Origin: the human T2T-CHM13v2.0 reference genome, Homo sapiens
Direction: 5' to 3' (one strand)
DNA length: 64,000 nt
NCBI RefSeq assembly: GCF_009914755.1
Contig: NC_060942.1
Shown here: piece by piece, positions 1 to 15,961 of the stretch
Position numbering within the stretch: the stretch's first letter is position 1
Layout: every line of letters starts with the position of its first letter
Translations under genes and position numbers: made by a program
The notes under the pieces: generated by a model
What the model was told of the DNA's origin: nothing
Databases searched by the model: none
The model's input: only the letters and a program-made list of their open reading frames with translations

Positions 1-532
1 CTGACCCTAGTTATGATCATACTCACCTAATCTACCAAGAGTATTTATAAGCTAAACAAAGCAAACACCAAATTAAAATAGCTTGCAATGTAAAAGCTAG
101 CTGTTGTGTGTGAGCTACGTATATTTTTGCCACAAAATCAACTGTGTAGAAGATAGTTACATTTCCAAGAGGCTAGCCCACAATTGATCCAGCCCATCTA
201 CCATGTGGCTGAAAACTAACTTTACTGATTTTCAATAGATGCCACAGAGGGGAAAGGATGAAAAGAGAATGAAAAGGAGTGTTCCTCTGATGTGAGCCCT
301 GTTCATCCTTGGCAATCTCCCATCGTCCTCTCTGAAAACCCCTCCCGTCCCGCAGTGCCCCTCTACAGTGCCTTCATGCTGCCAAACCCCACTTGAGGGG
401 CCCAATCCCCCACCCTCTGCAACCTCTTCTATCAAAACTCATGCCATCTGGGCAGCCAATCAAATTAGAGAATTAGGAATAAAACATGTTATCTAAGTAT
501 GGCAGGGAATTTTTTAAAGTGCTGGATGGCCT

Positions 533-673
533 ACTCTGGTTCTAAACCCTGGCTGCATATCAGAATAGCCCAGTGTCCTGGCTTAAATTGGAATCTCTGA
601 GGTGCAGGCAATCAGTTGTTTTATTTTGTTATGGCCCCTCAGTGGCTCTAAAGTACACCAGGATTGGGAACCA
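533..673. mobile_element. Degenerate hAT-Charlie MITE (MER5-like)
   Basis: tggttctaaaccctggctgcatatcagaat ... ttgggaaccac ends resemble MER5 terminal inverted repeats. Confidence 0.5.
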
Positions 674-1817
674 CCACAAGGAATCCCTAGTTGGTGGTGA
701 CACCCTAGGCAGTGTGGAGGAAGACGGCTGTGAGCAAAAAAACCACTGGGAGCCTGCCTGCTCCAGGAGCTGTCTCCCGGAGCCATTTCTGTGTTTCTCA
801 TGTTCTTCCTTTGCTCTTCCTCTAAAGCTAAGGTTCTCTGATGGCCCCAGGGCAGCAGCAGTGTGGACAGAGGCTAGACAGGAGGTTTGCGAGAAAGCCA
901 ATGGGAAGAGCCACACATCCAGTCATTGAGAAGTTGTAGGTTTATAAGACAGGGCTGCATGTAGCTATAAACAAGACTGAAGACTTCACAATGATCAGCC
1001 CTTTGCATAGGCTAAGTCTTTGCTTCCATCTCACCTTTCTTTGGAAAACATATACCCTGTATATACTCCATTATTTTACCTCCCTGAATCCCTTTTTGGT
1101 TATAACTTCAGGAGGAGAAGTGATCACTCTCATGGCAGGATATGAGGGGTCTCTTGCCATCCCAAAACATCTCCCAGAGCCTGTCATGTATCCCAAATCC
1201 CATCATCAGAATCGCCCCAAAGGGTAACCTCAAATAAAATATTAGGGGATGAATATAAGAAATAATTAAGTGAAGAGTTGGTCCTTTAATCCTTGTTTGA
1301 ATTTTGCAAATACAGTATTAAGCCACTCCTAACTCCTACCAAAGCAGGCCATTCAGCACTTGAAAAAAAATTCCCTCCGATACTTAGATAGCAAGTTTTA
1401 TTCCTAACCAACGCAATCAGCCACCTGGATGGCATGAGTTTTGATAGAAGAGGTTGCAGAGGGTGGGGGACTGGGGCCCCCACAGTGGGCTTTAGCAGCA
1501 TGAAGGTACTGCAGAGGGGTGCTGGGGGACGGGAGGGGTTTCCAGAGAGGGCGATGGGAGGGTGCCAAAGATGAATGGGGCTCACACCAAAGGAACACTC
1601 TCTCTTCATTCTCTTTTCACCTTTTCCCCTCTGTGGCATCCTACACTGTGACCTCCTTGGGGGCAAGAACCATATTTTATTCATCCTTGGATCCCTAGCA
1701 GTGCCAAACATCATGTGGCAGGTACTCAATACGTTTTCTGAACTGCAATTAATCACCTCTAGGTGTACTGTGGTGGGACTATGTTTGAAGAAAAACGTAA
1801 CTTGAAGCCCTGGATAC

Positions 1818-1939
1818 TTTTTTTTTTTTTTGAGAAAGATCTCCCCCTGTTGCCCAGGCTGGAGTGCAGTGATTCAGTCATAACTCACTGTAACCTTGAG
1901 CTCTGGGGCTCAAGTGATCCTCCTGCCTCAGCCTCCCAA
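1818..1939 (-). mobile_element. Partial Alu (right arm, AluJ-like)
   Basis: T-run then tgttgcccaggctggagtgcagtg...cctgcctcagcctccc. Confidence 0.85.
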
Positions 1940-2038
1940 TACAGAAACCCCTTATAGTTATAAGATTATAAATTACATGTAAATTATAATGAAGAAATTC
2001 TACTAATATAAAAAGGGTGTATCATGCTGTTCTAGTAA

Positions 2039-2618
2039 GCAGGCTTATTCTCTGCTTGGCTTGGGACAAGGATACAAACAGAAGTCCACATACCATATTT
2101 AAAAGTTATAAATCAAGCCTCAGACTTCATCCTACCTTAACAAATACACCTTCAGAATAACCTGAAAGTCTAGTTTAAAATGTAGAATTCTTGGGCTCCC
2201 TGGTGCTGCATGTCAGAATGTAGCAGCCCAGGGCAGCCTCTGACTCCCGGTTGCCAATGCTCCCCTTTTCTTTCCACCCCAGGCTTCATCCTGCAGCCCA
2301 AGGGCCTCACACATGTGTGTGGACACCTGAGTCTGCAAGGTCCTCTCCACCTACACTCCTGCCCATTGACAGCCTCTCTTTGGACACCCCTTGGGCCTGG
2401 GAATGAGTTGGGAAGATGGACCCAAGGAGCCCTGGAATCGAGCTCAGGGACATGGGTGGGGGATTCAAGGACACAATCTAGAAGTGAGGGTGTGGCCTCT
2501 GGGATGAGAGAAACGTCCTTTAGCCTCACAGATGCCACGTCCCGGAGAAGGGATGTGGCCCTCTGAAGTTTAGGGCCTGAGAGAGGCCCCTCTTGCCTGG
2601 TCTAAGGGCAAGACTGCT
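2039..2618 (-). mobile_element. Old hAT-Tip100-type DNA transposon remnant (MER115-like)
   Basis: End ggcccctcttgcctggtctaagggcaagactg resembles the recalled MER115/Zaphod terminus. Confidence 0.45.
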
Positions 2619-2770
2619 ATTTGGTCTCCTCAACTCTGTCATCTCACAAATTCTGTAACTTATCTTCCTGGCAGGCACATTGGCTCAGAACTCTTCAATC
2701 AAAATATTATTGGAAAATAAAAATCCATTAGGATATGAATTGTTCTTTAAAAATGTAAATTATATTTTAC

Positions 2771-2806
2771 CTGAATATATAGTTTAAGTATTGCTGGTCA
2801 ATGTCA
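2771..2806 (-). CDS. TMEM241: TMEM241 coding exon (exon 10), 36 nt, phase 2-2
   Basis: cattccttag|T GAC ATT GAC CAG CAA TAC TTA AAC TAT ATA TTC AG|gtaaaa; (S)DIDQQYLNYIF(S). Confidence 0.94.
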
Positions 2807-3075
2807 CTAAGGAATGAGAGAGGAAAAAAAGATAAATGAAGTAGCAGAACTATTTTAAATACATAAAATAATCATTGTCTTCTACTAATAAATTCTATTT
2901 TAGTTACTACTTTTATAAATTATCCATAAATAGAGGGAAAAGTATTTAATATTCAAAACCAGTTACTAGTTCATTTTAAATCACACACATTTTCACCTGT
3001 GGGCAACTGTTTCCCACATGTACATTTGTCACTTTCAAAGGAGTGTCAACTATCTCAGGCCACTGGACTGGCTTT

Positions 3076-3250
3076 TGGGGCTACCATATTTAACAAATAA
3101 AAATACAGGGCAATCAAACACATTTGAATTTCTGATAAAGAGTAATGTTTTAGTGTAAGTACTGTATGTTCCAAATATTACAAAAATTATTCGAGGCTTA
3201 TCTGAAATTCAAATGCAACCAGGCATCCTGTATTTTATCTGGCAACTCTA
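3076..3250. mobile_element. MER53 palindromic MITE
   Basis: aaataaaaatacaggg...atttgaatttctgataa mirrored by ttatctgaaattcaaat...cctgtattttatctggcaactcta. Confidence 0.8.
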
Positions 3251-3954
3251 CTGGCTTCTTGCTACAAAAACACTTTATTAAAAGAACAAAAGGTGCTCCA
3301 GGGAGTGGAAGCCCCACATTCTCAGAGTGGATGACCTTCTCTCAGGAGTCATTCCCTTCAGACCTTTTCTCTTTAGGCCTTCAGCAGGCCCCAAAACCTG
3401 GAGGCCAGCTGGCCAGTCTAGGGGCACTGGCCTCAGCGCTCCAGGCCTGAAGTCTTGTCTTTTCTCATTTACATTCACCAAAGCTGCTCCATTGACTGGC
3501 TGCAACAAAGGCCTCATTTTGCCCAAGAATGAGCTAGTAAGTGGAGACTTCTGGGTCTAAAGTAAGTCAAATTAGGACGGGGCTGGGGAAACAAGAAAAA
3601 GTACTGTCCCTCTGTGCTTGATGCAGCCGATTGGCACCCAAAGCAGCTGGCCACATACATTTCATTCACATGTCATCTGAGAGGTGACATGTGAATCCCC
3701 TGAAGGAAGGAGATTGAGACTTCCATGCCTCTTCACACATGGCTAAAGGCAGACATGTTCCAGGTGTTGGTGGACACAGCCTGGAGTGGCCCAAACAGCA
3801 AGAAGAGGGCCGGCTTCAAGGACTAAGTCCCCTGCCCTCAACACAACCCAGGCCTGTAGAGTCTCTGGCTGAATGGAAGAATCTCATGATACCACAAGTC
3901 TCAGCCCTTTCCTTTAACCCAACCACAGCTCACCAAACATTAAGAGTTTATCCT

Positions 3955-4317
<363 letters not shown>

Positions 4318-5099
4318 CTGAAAATGAAATAAAACATATCACTGGTCATGGTATTCTGCTCAAGGAGCTGCTGGCCTGTCCGGGGACACACAAAATCCAC
4401 ATGGATAAAGGCTCCCAAAAGCACGACTGCTGGTCCTTTTCCCTACGAGTGTCACACCCAGCTGACAGGAGAAGACCATCAACATTTGGAAGGCTTCAAG
4501 GATACAAATTCAATAATCCTCTATGATAACGCAGTCAGTCCTTCCATTGGTCCCCAGAGTGCTGGGCATGGAAAGCATCATGATTATGAAGGACACAATT
4601 AACAGGAAGGTTTTACTTCCTTGACATGACGCACATGAAAAGAGAAACACCCCTGGATTTCTGAACATTTCTGAGCTGTGTTAATAGTCAGGGCACCGTT
4701 TTTCCCCCAGGACTACAGACAAGCAACACTGAATATGTGATTTGTAATAAAATCAGATGGTCCCTTTATTTGAACAACTTAAACTTTTTTGGTAAATTAC
4801 TGAAAGAAAATGTTTTTGACATGAACTTCTGGATATCTTCCCACCATTTCTAGAGAAGACCAATCAGCATTCCAAAAGTTGACTTGAGCAAGTGAAACCC
4901 CAAGCCACAGTGAGTTAGTTCATATTTGTCACGAAAAAGAGGAAAGTATATTGGAAATGGAAACATTTGAGGAAAAACTTCAAAATAGAAAACCAATCCA
5001 GAAAATGCCCATTTAATTTTAACCTTCACACCTTGGATTTAATTTTCCAAGGTCACCAAAAAGTGGGTATACAATAAACCTCAATTATTCAAGTAAGCT

Positions 5100-5450
5100 T
5101 CCCTCCCTCCTTCCCACCCTCCCTCTCTCCTTCCCTCTCTCCCTCTCTCTCTCTCTCTTTCTTTTTTTTTGACAGGGTTTCCCTCTTTTGCCCAGGCTGG
5201 AGTGCGGTGGTGTGATCATGACTCCTGCAGCCTCGACCTCCCTGGACTCAGGTGATCCTCCCACCTCAGCCTCCTGAGCAGCTGGGACAACAGGCATGTG
5301 CCACCATGCCTGGCTAATTTTTGTATTTTTTGTAGAGATGGGGTTTCTCAAGGTTGCCCAGGCTGGTCTTCCATTCCTGGGCCCAAGGGATCCACTTGCC
5401 TTGGCCTCCCAAAGTGCTGGGATTCCAGGTATGAGCCACCGTGCCCAGCC
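5100..5450 (-). mobile_element. AluJ with CT-rich degenerate tail
   Basis: Antisense Alu dimer ending about 27 nt from the exon 8 donor. Confidence 0.9.
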
Positions 5451-5477
5451 TTACATAATAATTCTTTTAAAACTTAC

Positions 5478-5526
5478 CTACACAGAGTAAGTGAATTATA
5501 GCCCAAAAATATCCATCTGGATTAAA
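5478..5526 (-). CDS. TMEM241: TMEM241 coding exon (exon 8), 49 nt, phase 0-1
   Basis: gtgtttcag|TTT AAT CCA GAT...TGT GTA G|gtaagt; [16 protein letters not shown](G). Confidence 0.95.
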
Positions 5527-5799
5527 CTGAAACACAAAATTAAAAAAAGAAAAAATGGCTATAAGTGCAAGGCAAATGGAATCCAGTGTGGCCATCAGAA
5601 AACCTGTCATCAATGCTCAGTGCCAAGCAAGGGTCCCAAAACAGGACTCCTGGGGCCGTACATCAGTTCCTTGGTTCCCTCTCATTCCTCAACCAGTTGC
5701 CTACATCTTCCTAACAGGACTCTGCCTCCAACACCCCATGCCCCACACTGCCATCACAAAGTTCAAATCCAAACTCATGACACCCCAAGACCTCTGTGA

Positions 5800-6306
<507 letters not shown>

Positions 6307-7101
6307 CCTTATTTGTTTATGTGTCTCTATCTCTCCCTGCCCTCCCCTCTCCTAGATTGCACATTCCAGGAGGGTGGGCATTAGAACAGGGGTAAACACA
6401 TAGCAGGTGCTCAATGACACTGGATCACAGGATACTCATGACACTCCAGGACTGCCCTCGCCTGCTTTCTTCTCCTGGCTAACTCCTCCTCATTCTTCCA
6501 GATTTAGGTCCTGTAAGGAGAGTCTGGCTCTAGCATCAGAGAGATCTGGGATAAATTCTAAAATCCCCACTTATTTGTTAGCTGGTGACCTTTTGGGCCT
6601 CCTTATTCTATGCTATGAAATGGAGATAATAATGCTCCCACCCTCACAGAAATGTTGTGAGATTTTAAATAACATAAGGCACAGAAAGCATTGGCACAGA
6701 GGCTGGCACACAGCAGACTCCCTGTAATTATGGCTACTCCTACTTCCTGAGGCCCCACGTCTTCTTAGGTGCTTCAGAGCCCCCTGTATCTCGAGGACAG
6801 AGCCCTGGCCCCCCTGTGTGATAACAATCTGTTTACTTGACTGTTTCCCTCCCCTTTGCTCCAAATAGGCTTGACTTCTGCCTGAGCAAAGATTAATTTT
6901 CCTCTTTGTGTCCCCAGAGCCTGGCTCAGTGCCTGACACGTGGTGGGGACCTAATAATGCTGGGGGAGAAAAGGAGGGAGAAAAAAAGAAAGAAAGGAAA
7001 CCCAGAAATGAGATGACTACTGGGGGGCGGGGGTGGGTCCTCAGCACCTCATAAAGAAAACTCAACTTTAGCACAGGATAATAAAATAAAAATCATTTTG
7101 C

Positions 7102-7768
<667 letters not shown>

Positions 7769-7782
7769 TCACTTGGACTTAC

Positions 7783-7834
7783 CTGGGAGTCATTGAAGGG
7801 AAGGCATCCTGCTGCGGCCAGGAGGAAGAGGGCA
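7783..7834 (-). CDS. TMEM241: TMEM241 coding exon (exon 7), 52 nt, phase 2-0
   Basis: ctctccacag|T GCC CTC TTC CTC CTG...TCC CAG|gtaagt; (S)ALFLLAAAGCLPFNDSQ. Confidence 0.95.
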
Positions 7835-8249
7835 CTGTGGAGAGGGAGATAAAACACTGCAGCTTCACCTTTCAACATCAAAGGTTTCCCTAAGAGCGTG
7901 GAGGTGAAAATGCATCCTCTGGAGTTGGATGAGGCAAAGATCCTGCGAGACCAACTTGGTTCCTCTGTCCTTCCTCTGTGAACCTGACTACCTGTGTAGT
8001 TTTCAATTATGTGCTCTACTCATAAGCAGACATTTCCTTCTCTGGACCTCAGCTAGCTGTTTCCCAGAGTCAGGCATTTACAGGACATCTGCAAAACCAC
8101 AGCTGGCTCACTTGAGGAAAATAGTGTGCCTGTGAAACATCTAATAAAACAAGTGTTTTTTCAACTGCAGATCCCCAAAAATATACAAGTGAAAAACTGG
8201 GGAATCAGACCACAAATATGCCTGTTTCAAAAATGAAAACACTACGGAA

Positions 8250-9850
<1,601 letters not shown>

Positions 9851-11716
9851 AATTCTTGCTCAAAAAAGTAACACTGCCAAACACAGATATTTTCAGGAAG
9901 CTATCCTCACTCATTAGAAAGTCAATTTGGAGCTGGTTCAGTAATCCCTGGTTTACGGCCTATTCCTTCTGAGTTTCATATGCCAAAAGCTCTTGCCTCT
10001 AGCTTTCCCCACTCTCTCCTCCTAAAAGAAGGCGCCAGAAAGCATAAAACCCAAATTATCACTTAGTCTCTCTCCTCTTTCCATTTTATAGAGGCAACAT
10101 ATATATAGTGCCCCTTAACTACTGACTATTCCATCAGGCAGCAAACAGCAAAGGATCAAAGGCGTGAACAAAAGCACCGAATACAATGTTTTCACTTTCA
10201 GGGAACTTTGCCATATGCCATCTCCCACCAACACAGATTCTGTATTCTACATAGAGACTACATGTTTTTATATGTACACATAAACATATATATCTAACAC
10301 ACAACAACTTGGCATGTGTAATCTTAGTACACTGAAAACAGTGGTGCTGATCAATTCTGACAGTCCTCACTGCTGTAACCATGTGTAGATGTCACTGTAC
10401 CCAATGGACCAGCACTGACCGGCTGGGCCAGAGGCAGGAGGACTGGCAGAGGGGCCCTTGGAGCTGAGGCCCCAGAGCCTTGGGAAGGTCAGGACAACAT
10501 GGAGCAGCCTGAGGCTCAGGACACTTCTCTACCTCAGCCTGCCCTACTCCTATAGCCTTGCTGACTTTCAAGGCACCCCAACACACAAATGACCTAGAGA
10601 AGAATCCAAGGCAAACAGTGGGGTGAGTGGAGAAGAGACTGTCAGGGGAGCTTCTTGGGGCTGCCCAGGAACAGGCAGGTTTTGTGGTGGGAGGAGAGGA
10701 GAATCCTGATATCCTGATGGGTTTGGTGTCTACCTACAGTGAAAGGCTTTATAGAATAGAGGATGCTTCCCCATCCATGGAGAATGAGCATCAGAGATCA
10801 CCCCAAACAGACAACCTCTTGGAACTGTGGAAGATGGGGGATACCCAAGGGTGAGACACCTGCCTGCCTTCCCACCCCACCTGGCCTCAAGCAGTACCTG
10901 ATTACATCAGGTATCATGAGCTTTACCGCCTCTCTTTGACACCTGCTAGTCTCCTTTTAAACAGGAGGATAGTCTTGAAGTTTGGTTTTGTCTTGTTCTT
11001 TCAAGGTGCAACCTGTAATAAAGGAATAAAAGGAGGGTGGGGGATTGGATGAAAGCCCAGAAATATCTGCAGTAGAAATCCTAAATCCATCTATCAAAGC
11101 ACCTCTGTTGGTTTTCTGTCTCCAGGACTGAGCTGCTTGGCCTGCAGAGGAAGCGGGAAGCAGTCAGATGCAAGGCACCCAGGTTAGAATTCAAATGCTG
11201 CAGGCACCGGGGTCTGCATGACAGGACGGCCCAGTTTACGCTGTAGCTGAGGAAACTGAGGCAAAGAGGACGAGGAAAGCTGCCCACAATCACCCTGCTA
11301 TGGCCCAGGACTGCAGTTCAGATCCCAGGACTTCCAGGCTGGTGCTTTTTCCACCACGGAAAATATTAAAGACTAAATAAACTACAAACATTACTTTTAA
11401 ATTTTTAAGTCATTTCCATGTTTTTCATTTTCATTCTCCATCAGTATTACACAACTGTTAGTAAAGTTTTGGGCATCAATGACTGAAATCTAGCACAGGT
11501 TGGTTCTGGTGTTTTCTCTTTTGGAATAAAATATTTCAGAAAGAAAAGAAAAACACAAGAAATTTTAGACTAAGACACAAATTAGGGATATATGAATGTT
11601 TATAATAAATTCTTCTGCCACCTCTTAGAGTATGAATCTTGAACAGTTTATCATTCAAGTTAAAAATAGGTTAAATCTTATATTATGGCTTTTTGGGGGG
11701 AGGGCAGTAAACTTAC

Positions 11717-11742
11717 CTACAGATCTTTGCAGGAGATGTTTT
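11717..11742 (-). CDS. TMEM241: TMEM241 coding microexon (exon 6), 26 nt, phase 0-2
   Basis: ttttatgcag|AAA ACA TCT CCT GCA AAG ATC TGT AG|gtaagt; KTSPAKIC(S); phases join the flanking exons exactly. Confidence 0.93.
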
Positions 11743-11916
11743 CTGCATAAAAGTAAAGAAACATACAATTAGACTTTTAAAACTTTTTAAATTCCTCTTA
11801 AAAGGAAACATTTTGATCAAGAGGCAAATAAATTATGAGTAGATTTATCAAGAGCTTAACAGCTTGCTGCACTTTAGTATTTATTGAGGCTTTTTCTGCT
11901 TGGGCCAAATGAAGGA

Positions 11917-12658
11917 TGACTCAGAATTCCAGAGTTGAGTCACTTCAGCAAAGTACTTTCACCATTAGAATGATGTTTACTCGTGAAAGATAAAATGACG
12001 CTGGGGCTGTGTCTTCAAAAATCTTACATGCTAAGAAGAGGAGAGAGAAAGAAATAGATGTAACCTGTATTTTAAAAAGCAATTAAGCTCTTGTTCTATC
12101 TATCCATTTATCTATCTATCTAGTATCACTCTGTTGCCCTGGCTGGAGTGCAATGACATGGTCACTGCAGCCTCAAACTCCTGGGCTCAAGCAATCCTCC
12201 CACCTCAGCCTCCTGAGTAGCTAGGACTACAGGCATGAGCCACCATGTATGGCTACTCTTTCTTTCTTTCTTTTTTTTTTTTTCATTTTTGTAGCAGCAG
12301 GATCTCACTATGTTGCTCAGTGGTATTGAATTCCTGGCCTCAAGCGATTCTCCTGCCTCAGCCTCCTAAAGCACTGGGATTACAGGCGTGAGCCACTGCA
12401 CCCAACCTCAACTTCTATTTTAGTTCTGTCTCTTTAAATATTCCATTCACTAATCCAGCTGACTCAGAGCAGTCCTATAAACTATCTGGTGTGATATGAA
12501 AATTAAAAAACAGAAAAAAGGAGAAGGGACATTTTACTCCATCCCGAGAGACAAGGGAAAAAAAGGCAGACTGGAGGAATATAAACTTGGCATTTAAATT
12601 ACCTGTAATGAAGACATTCTGATTTGGACTCACCCTTATAATTCCTTTTGATGAGTCA
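11917..12658. promoter_or_regulatory. Cluster of four AP-1 consensus sites (candidate intronic enhancer)
   Basis: TGACTCA at 11917 and 12460; TGAGTCA at 11936 and 12652. Motif evidence only. Confidence 0.4.
12100..12407 (-). mobile_element. AluJ
   Basis: Antisense Alu dimer with a (CTAT)-like tail. Confidence 0.88.
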
Positions 12659-13079
12659 GTTTAATGAAATCAGACTTTTGTACTGAGAACTCATTTGTAC
12701 ATGTTAGCAGAGAGTAACATGTTAGCAGAGGGTGACACAGATTTTTCTTCTATATTTGATAGAGGAAATGAACAGGTACAATTAAACTTTTGATTAATTC
12801 TAAACATTTCAGAAGGATTATTCTGCTAGCTGGGAACAAACTACAATTTTTGATGCTAGTTCAGGCAGTGTGAAGTATGAACATATTGTTTAGACGTGAA
12901 GCGCTGACAAGAGAAACATGTGGCTTACTACAAAGGCTACCTTAAGTTTTCATGTGTGCCTAAATAATAAAGTTTCCCCTGTTTTAATGAACAGATTCTA
13001 TTTTTGCAACTTTAGACTCTAATCTTGATCTTTGTCCAACCCTGCCTCTGCAGAGCACAGGACGCGAGGCCAACCGTGC

Positions 13080-13099
13080 TGTACTGCCATCTGCTGGGA
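13080..13099 (-). promoter_or_regulatory. Strong CTCF core motif
   Basis: Minus strand TCCCAGCAGATGGCAGTACA matches CCASYAGRKGGCRS, in non-repeat sequence that retains CpGs. Confidence 0.6.
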
Positions 13100-13119
13100 A
13101 GTTAGCCCTCAAGAGCTGA

Positions 13120-14185
<1,066 letters not shown>

Positions 14186-14849
14186 AAGTCATGCTGCCAA
14201 AATTAACAATAAATAGCTGACATTCCTCTGGGTTAGCTAACTGAACTGTGAGGGCTACTCACACTGCCAGGTGCTGTTCTAAGGGCTCTGCATGTACTGA
14301 ATCCTTTAATCATGGGGTAATTAACAGTCATTGGTTCTATGTTAGAGAGGAGAGCACTTGAGGCACTGAGGAATGAGGGAAGCTGCCCATCACCCGCCTG
14401 CCAGTCCTGCGGTGTCACCCCTGCTGGCACCCTTAGCCACCACTTGATGCTCCCTCTGCCTGCCTGACAAGGAGAGCCCTTTCTCCTTATCAAACTGGAA
14501 AGTCCCTTCCCATCCTGCCTGACTCAGCTCAAATCTATCCACCAGGGAAGCTTTCCTTGCTCCTCCCATGCCGAATTACTGGAGCTCACCCGCTGGCCCA
14601 CCCATACCCTGTGCCAGCCCGAGTGTACAGGCCAGCCCCTCCATCCAACTCTGCGTTAAGGCTAAGAAATGCGTCTCCTACGTCTCTGCAGCTTTAGGCC
14701 TAGCAACATGTTTGACATTTCATAGGTACTTGATAAATCCTGAACAAATGAATAAACAAACAGGAGTATTCTAATATTAAACTATAATAAATAATTCTGC
14801 AAGGTAGTTAGATTAATTCCTCGAGCCACGTATTGCCTTACAGTCAAAC

Positions 14850-14892
14850 TGTGTGTGTGTGTGTGTAAGTGTGCATGAGTGTGTGTGTGTGT
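14850..14892. repeat. Interrupted (TG)n microsatellite
   Basis: Directly visible. Confidence 0.9.
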
Positions 14893-15961
14893 GCATGAAT
14901 ACACAAAGGCCTTGTTGTGGATGGTGAAAATGAACTCTACAGCTCCAGATAGTTTATTTTCATAATCTGAGAATGAAGTCACAAGGAGGTCAACTTTTAC
15001 TCTCCAAAAATGATTCTAGTAAAATCTACACATAGTAGACAAAATAGCCCTCATGGTAACATTTAACAGTCTGTGAGGTGGCGTGCAAGTGTGTTCCTTA
15101 TGATAAGGGATGACTTCATCAAGGCTCCTAGCTGTATCATCAGAAATGTAAGTCTCATCAAGAACATATTACAGCAGCATCATAGAGCAGATTTTAACGC
15201 TAAATTGCTAAAAACCACCTACAATTCTACAAATAGGGAACAGCCAACTCATGCTTCAACCAATGTGGAATGATAGCCTTAATAGGGATTCCTGACAAAC
15301 TGTTAAATGGAAAAACAGGATGTTTCTTACCGTTCGTGTAAATACATCTATATATGTGCATGGGAAAAAAGTCTGAAAGAATAGAGTGGTTTCCTCAGGG
15401 AAGTAGAAACAGTTGATTTTTGGGTTTTTAGAGTCAGGGTCTCACTGTTGCTCAGGCTGAGGTGCAGTGGCACAATCATGGCTCACTGCAGCCTCGAACT
15501 CCTGGCCTCAAGTGATCCTCCTGCCTTGGCCTCCCAAAGCTTTTTGATTACAGGCATGAGCAACTGTGCCCGGCCTCCATCTGTATTTTCTACAACATCT
15601 TAAATCTTCTTAGATTTATAAAGGAAAGAAAGGTTTGTTTTAATAACAACAACAACAACAACAACAACAAATTACCCACTCACTTTTTTTCTAGTTTGCC
15701 CTGACAAGAAATGATGTTTTGTGTTAGTGATGAAATGGAGTTGAAGATGCAAACACTTATGGTGTTCATTCAGTTATTTCCAAGGACAGGGCCTCTCAGC
15801 CAGACATCTGCCCTCATCTCTAGAATGGAAGAGGTCCCCTGCTAGAGGGAAACATCCCTGAAGGACTTTCTAACCCTCAGTCCTACCGTCACCCTCATCT
15901 ACAGGCTCTGGCCTGCTCATCAGGAAGCAAAACCCTGTGGAGATGCCTTGATCTTATCCAG

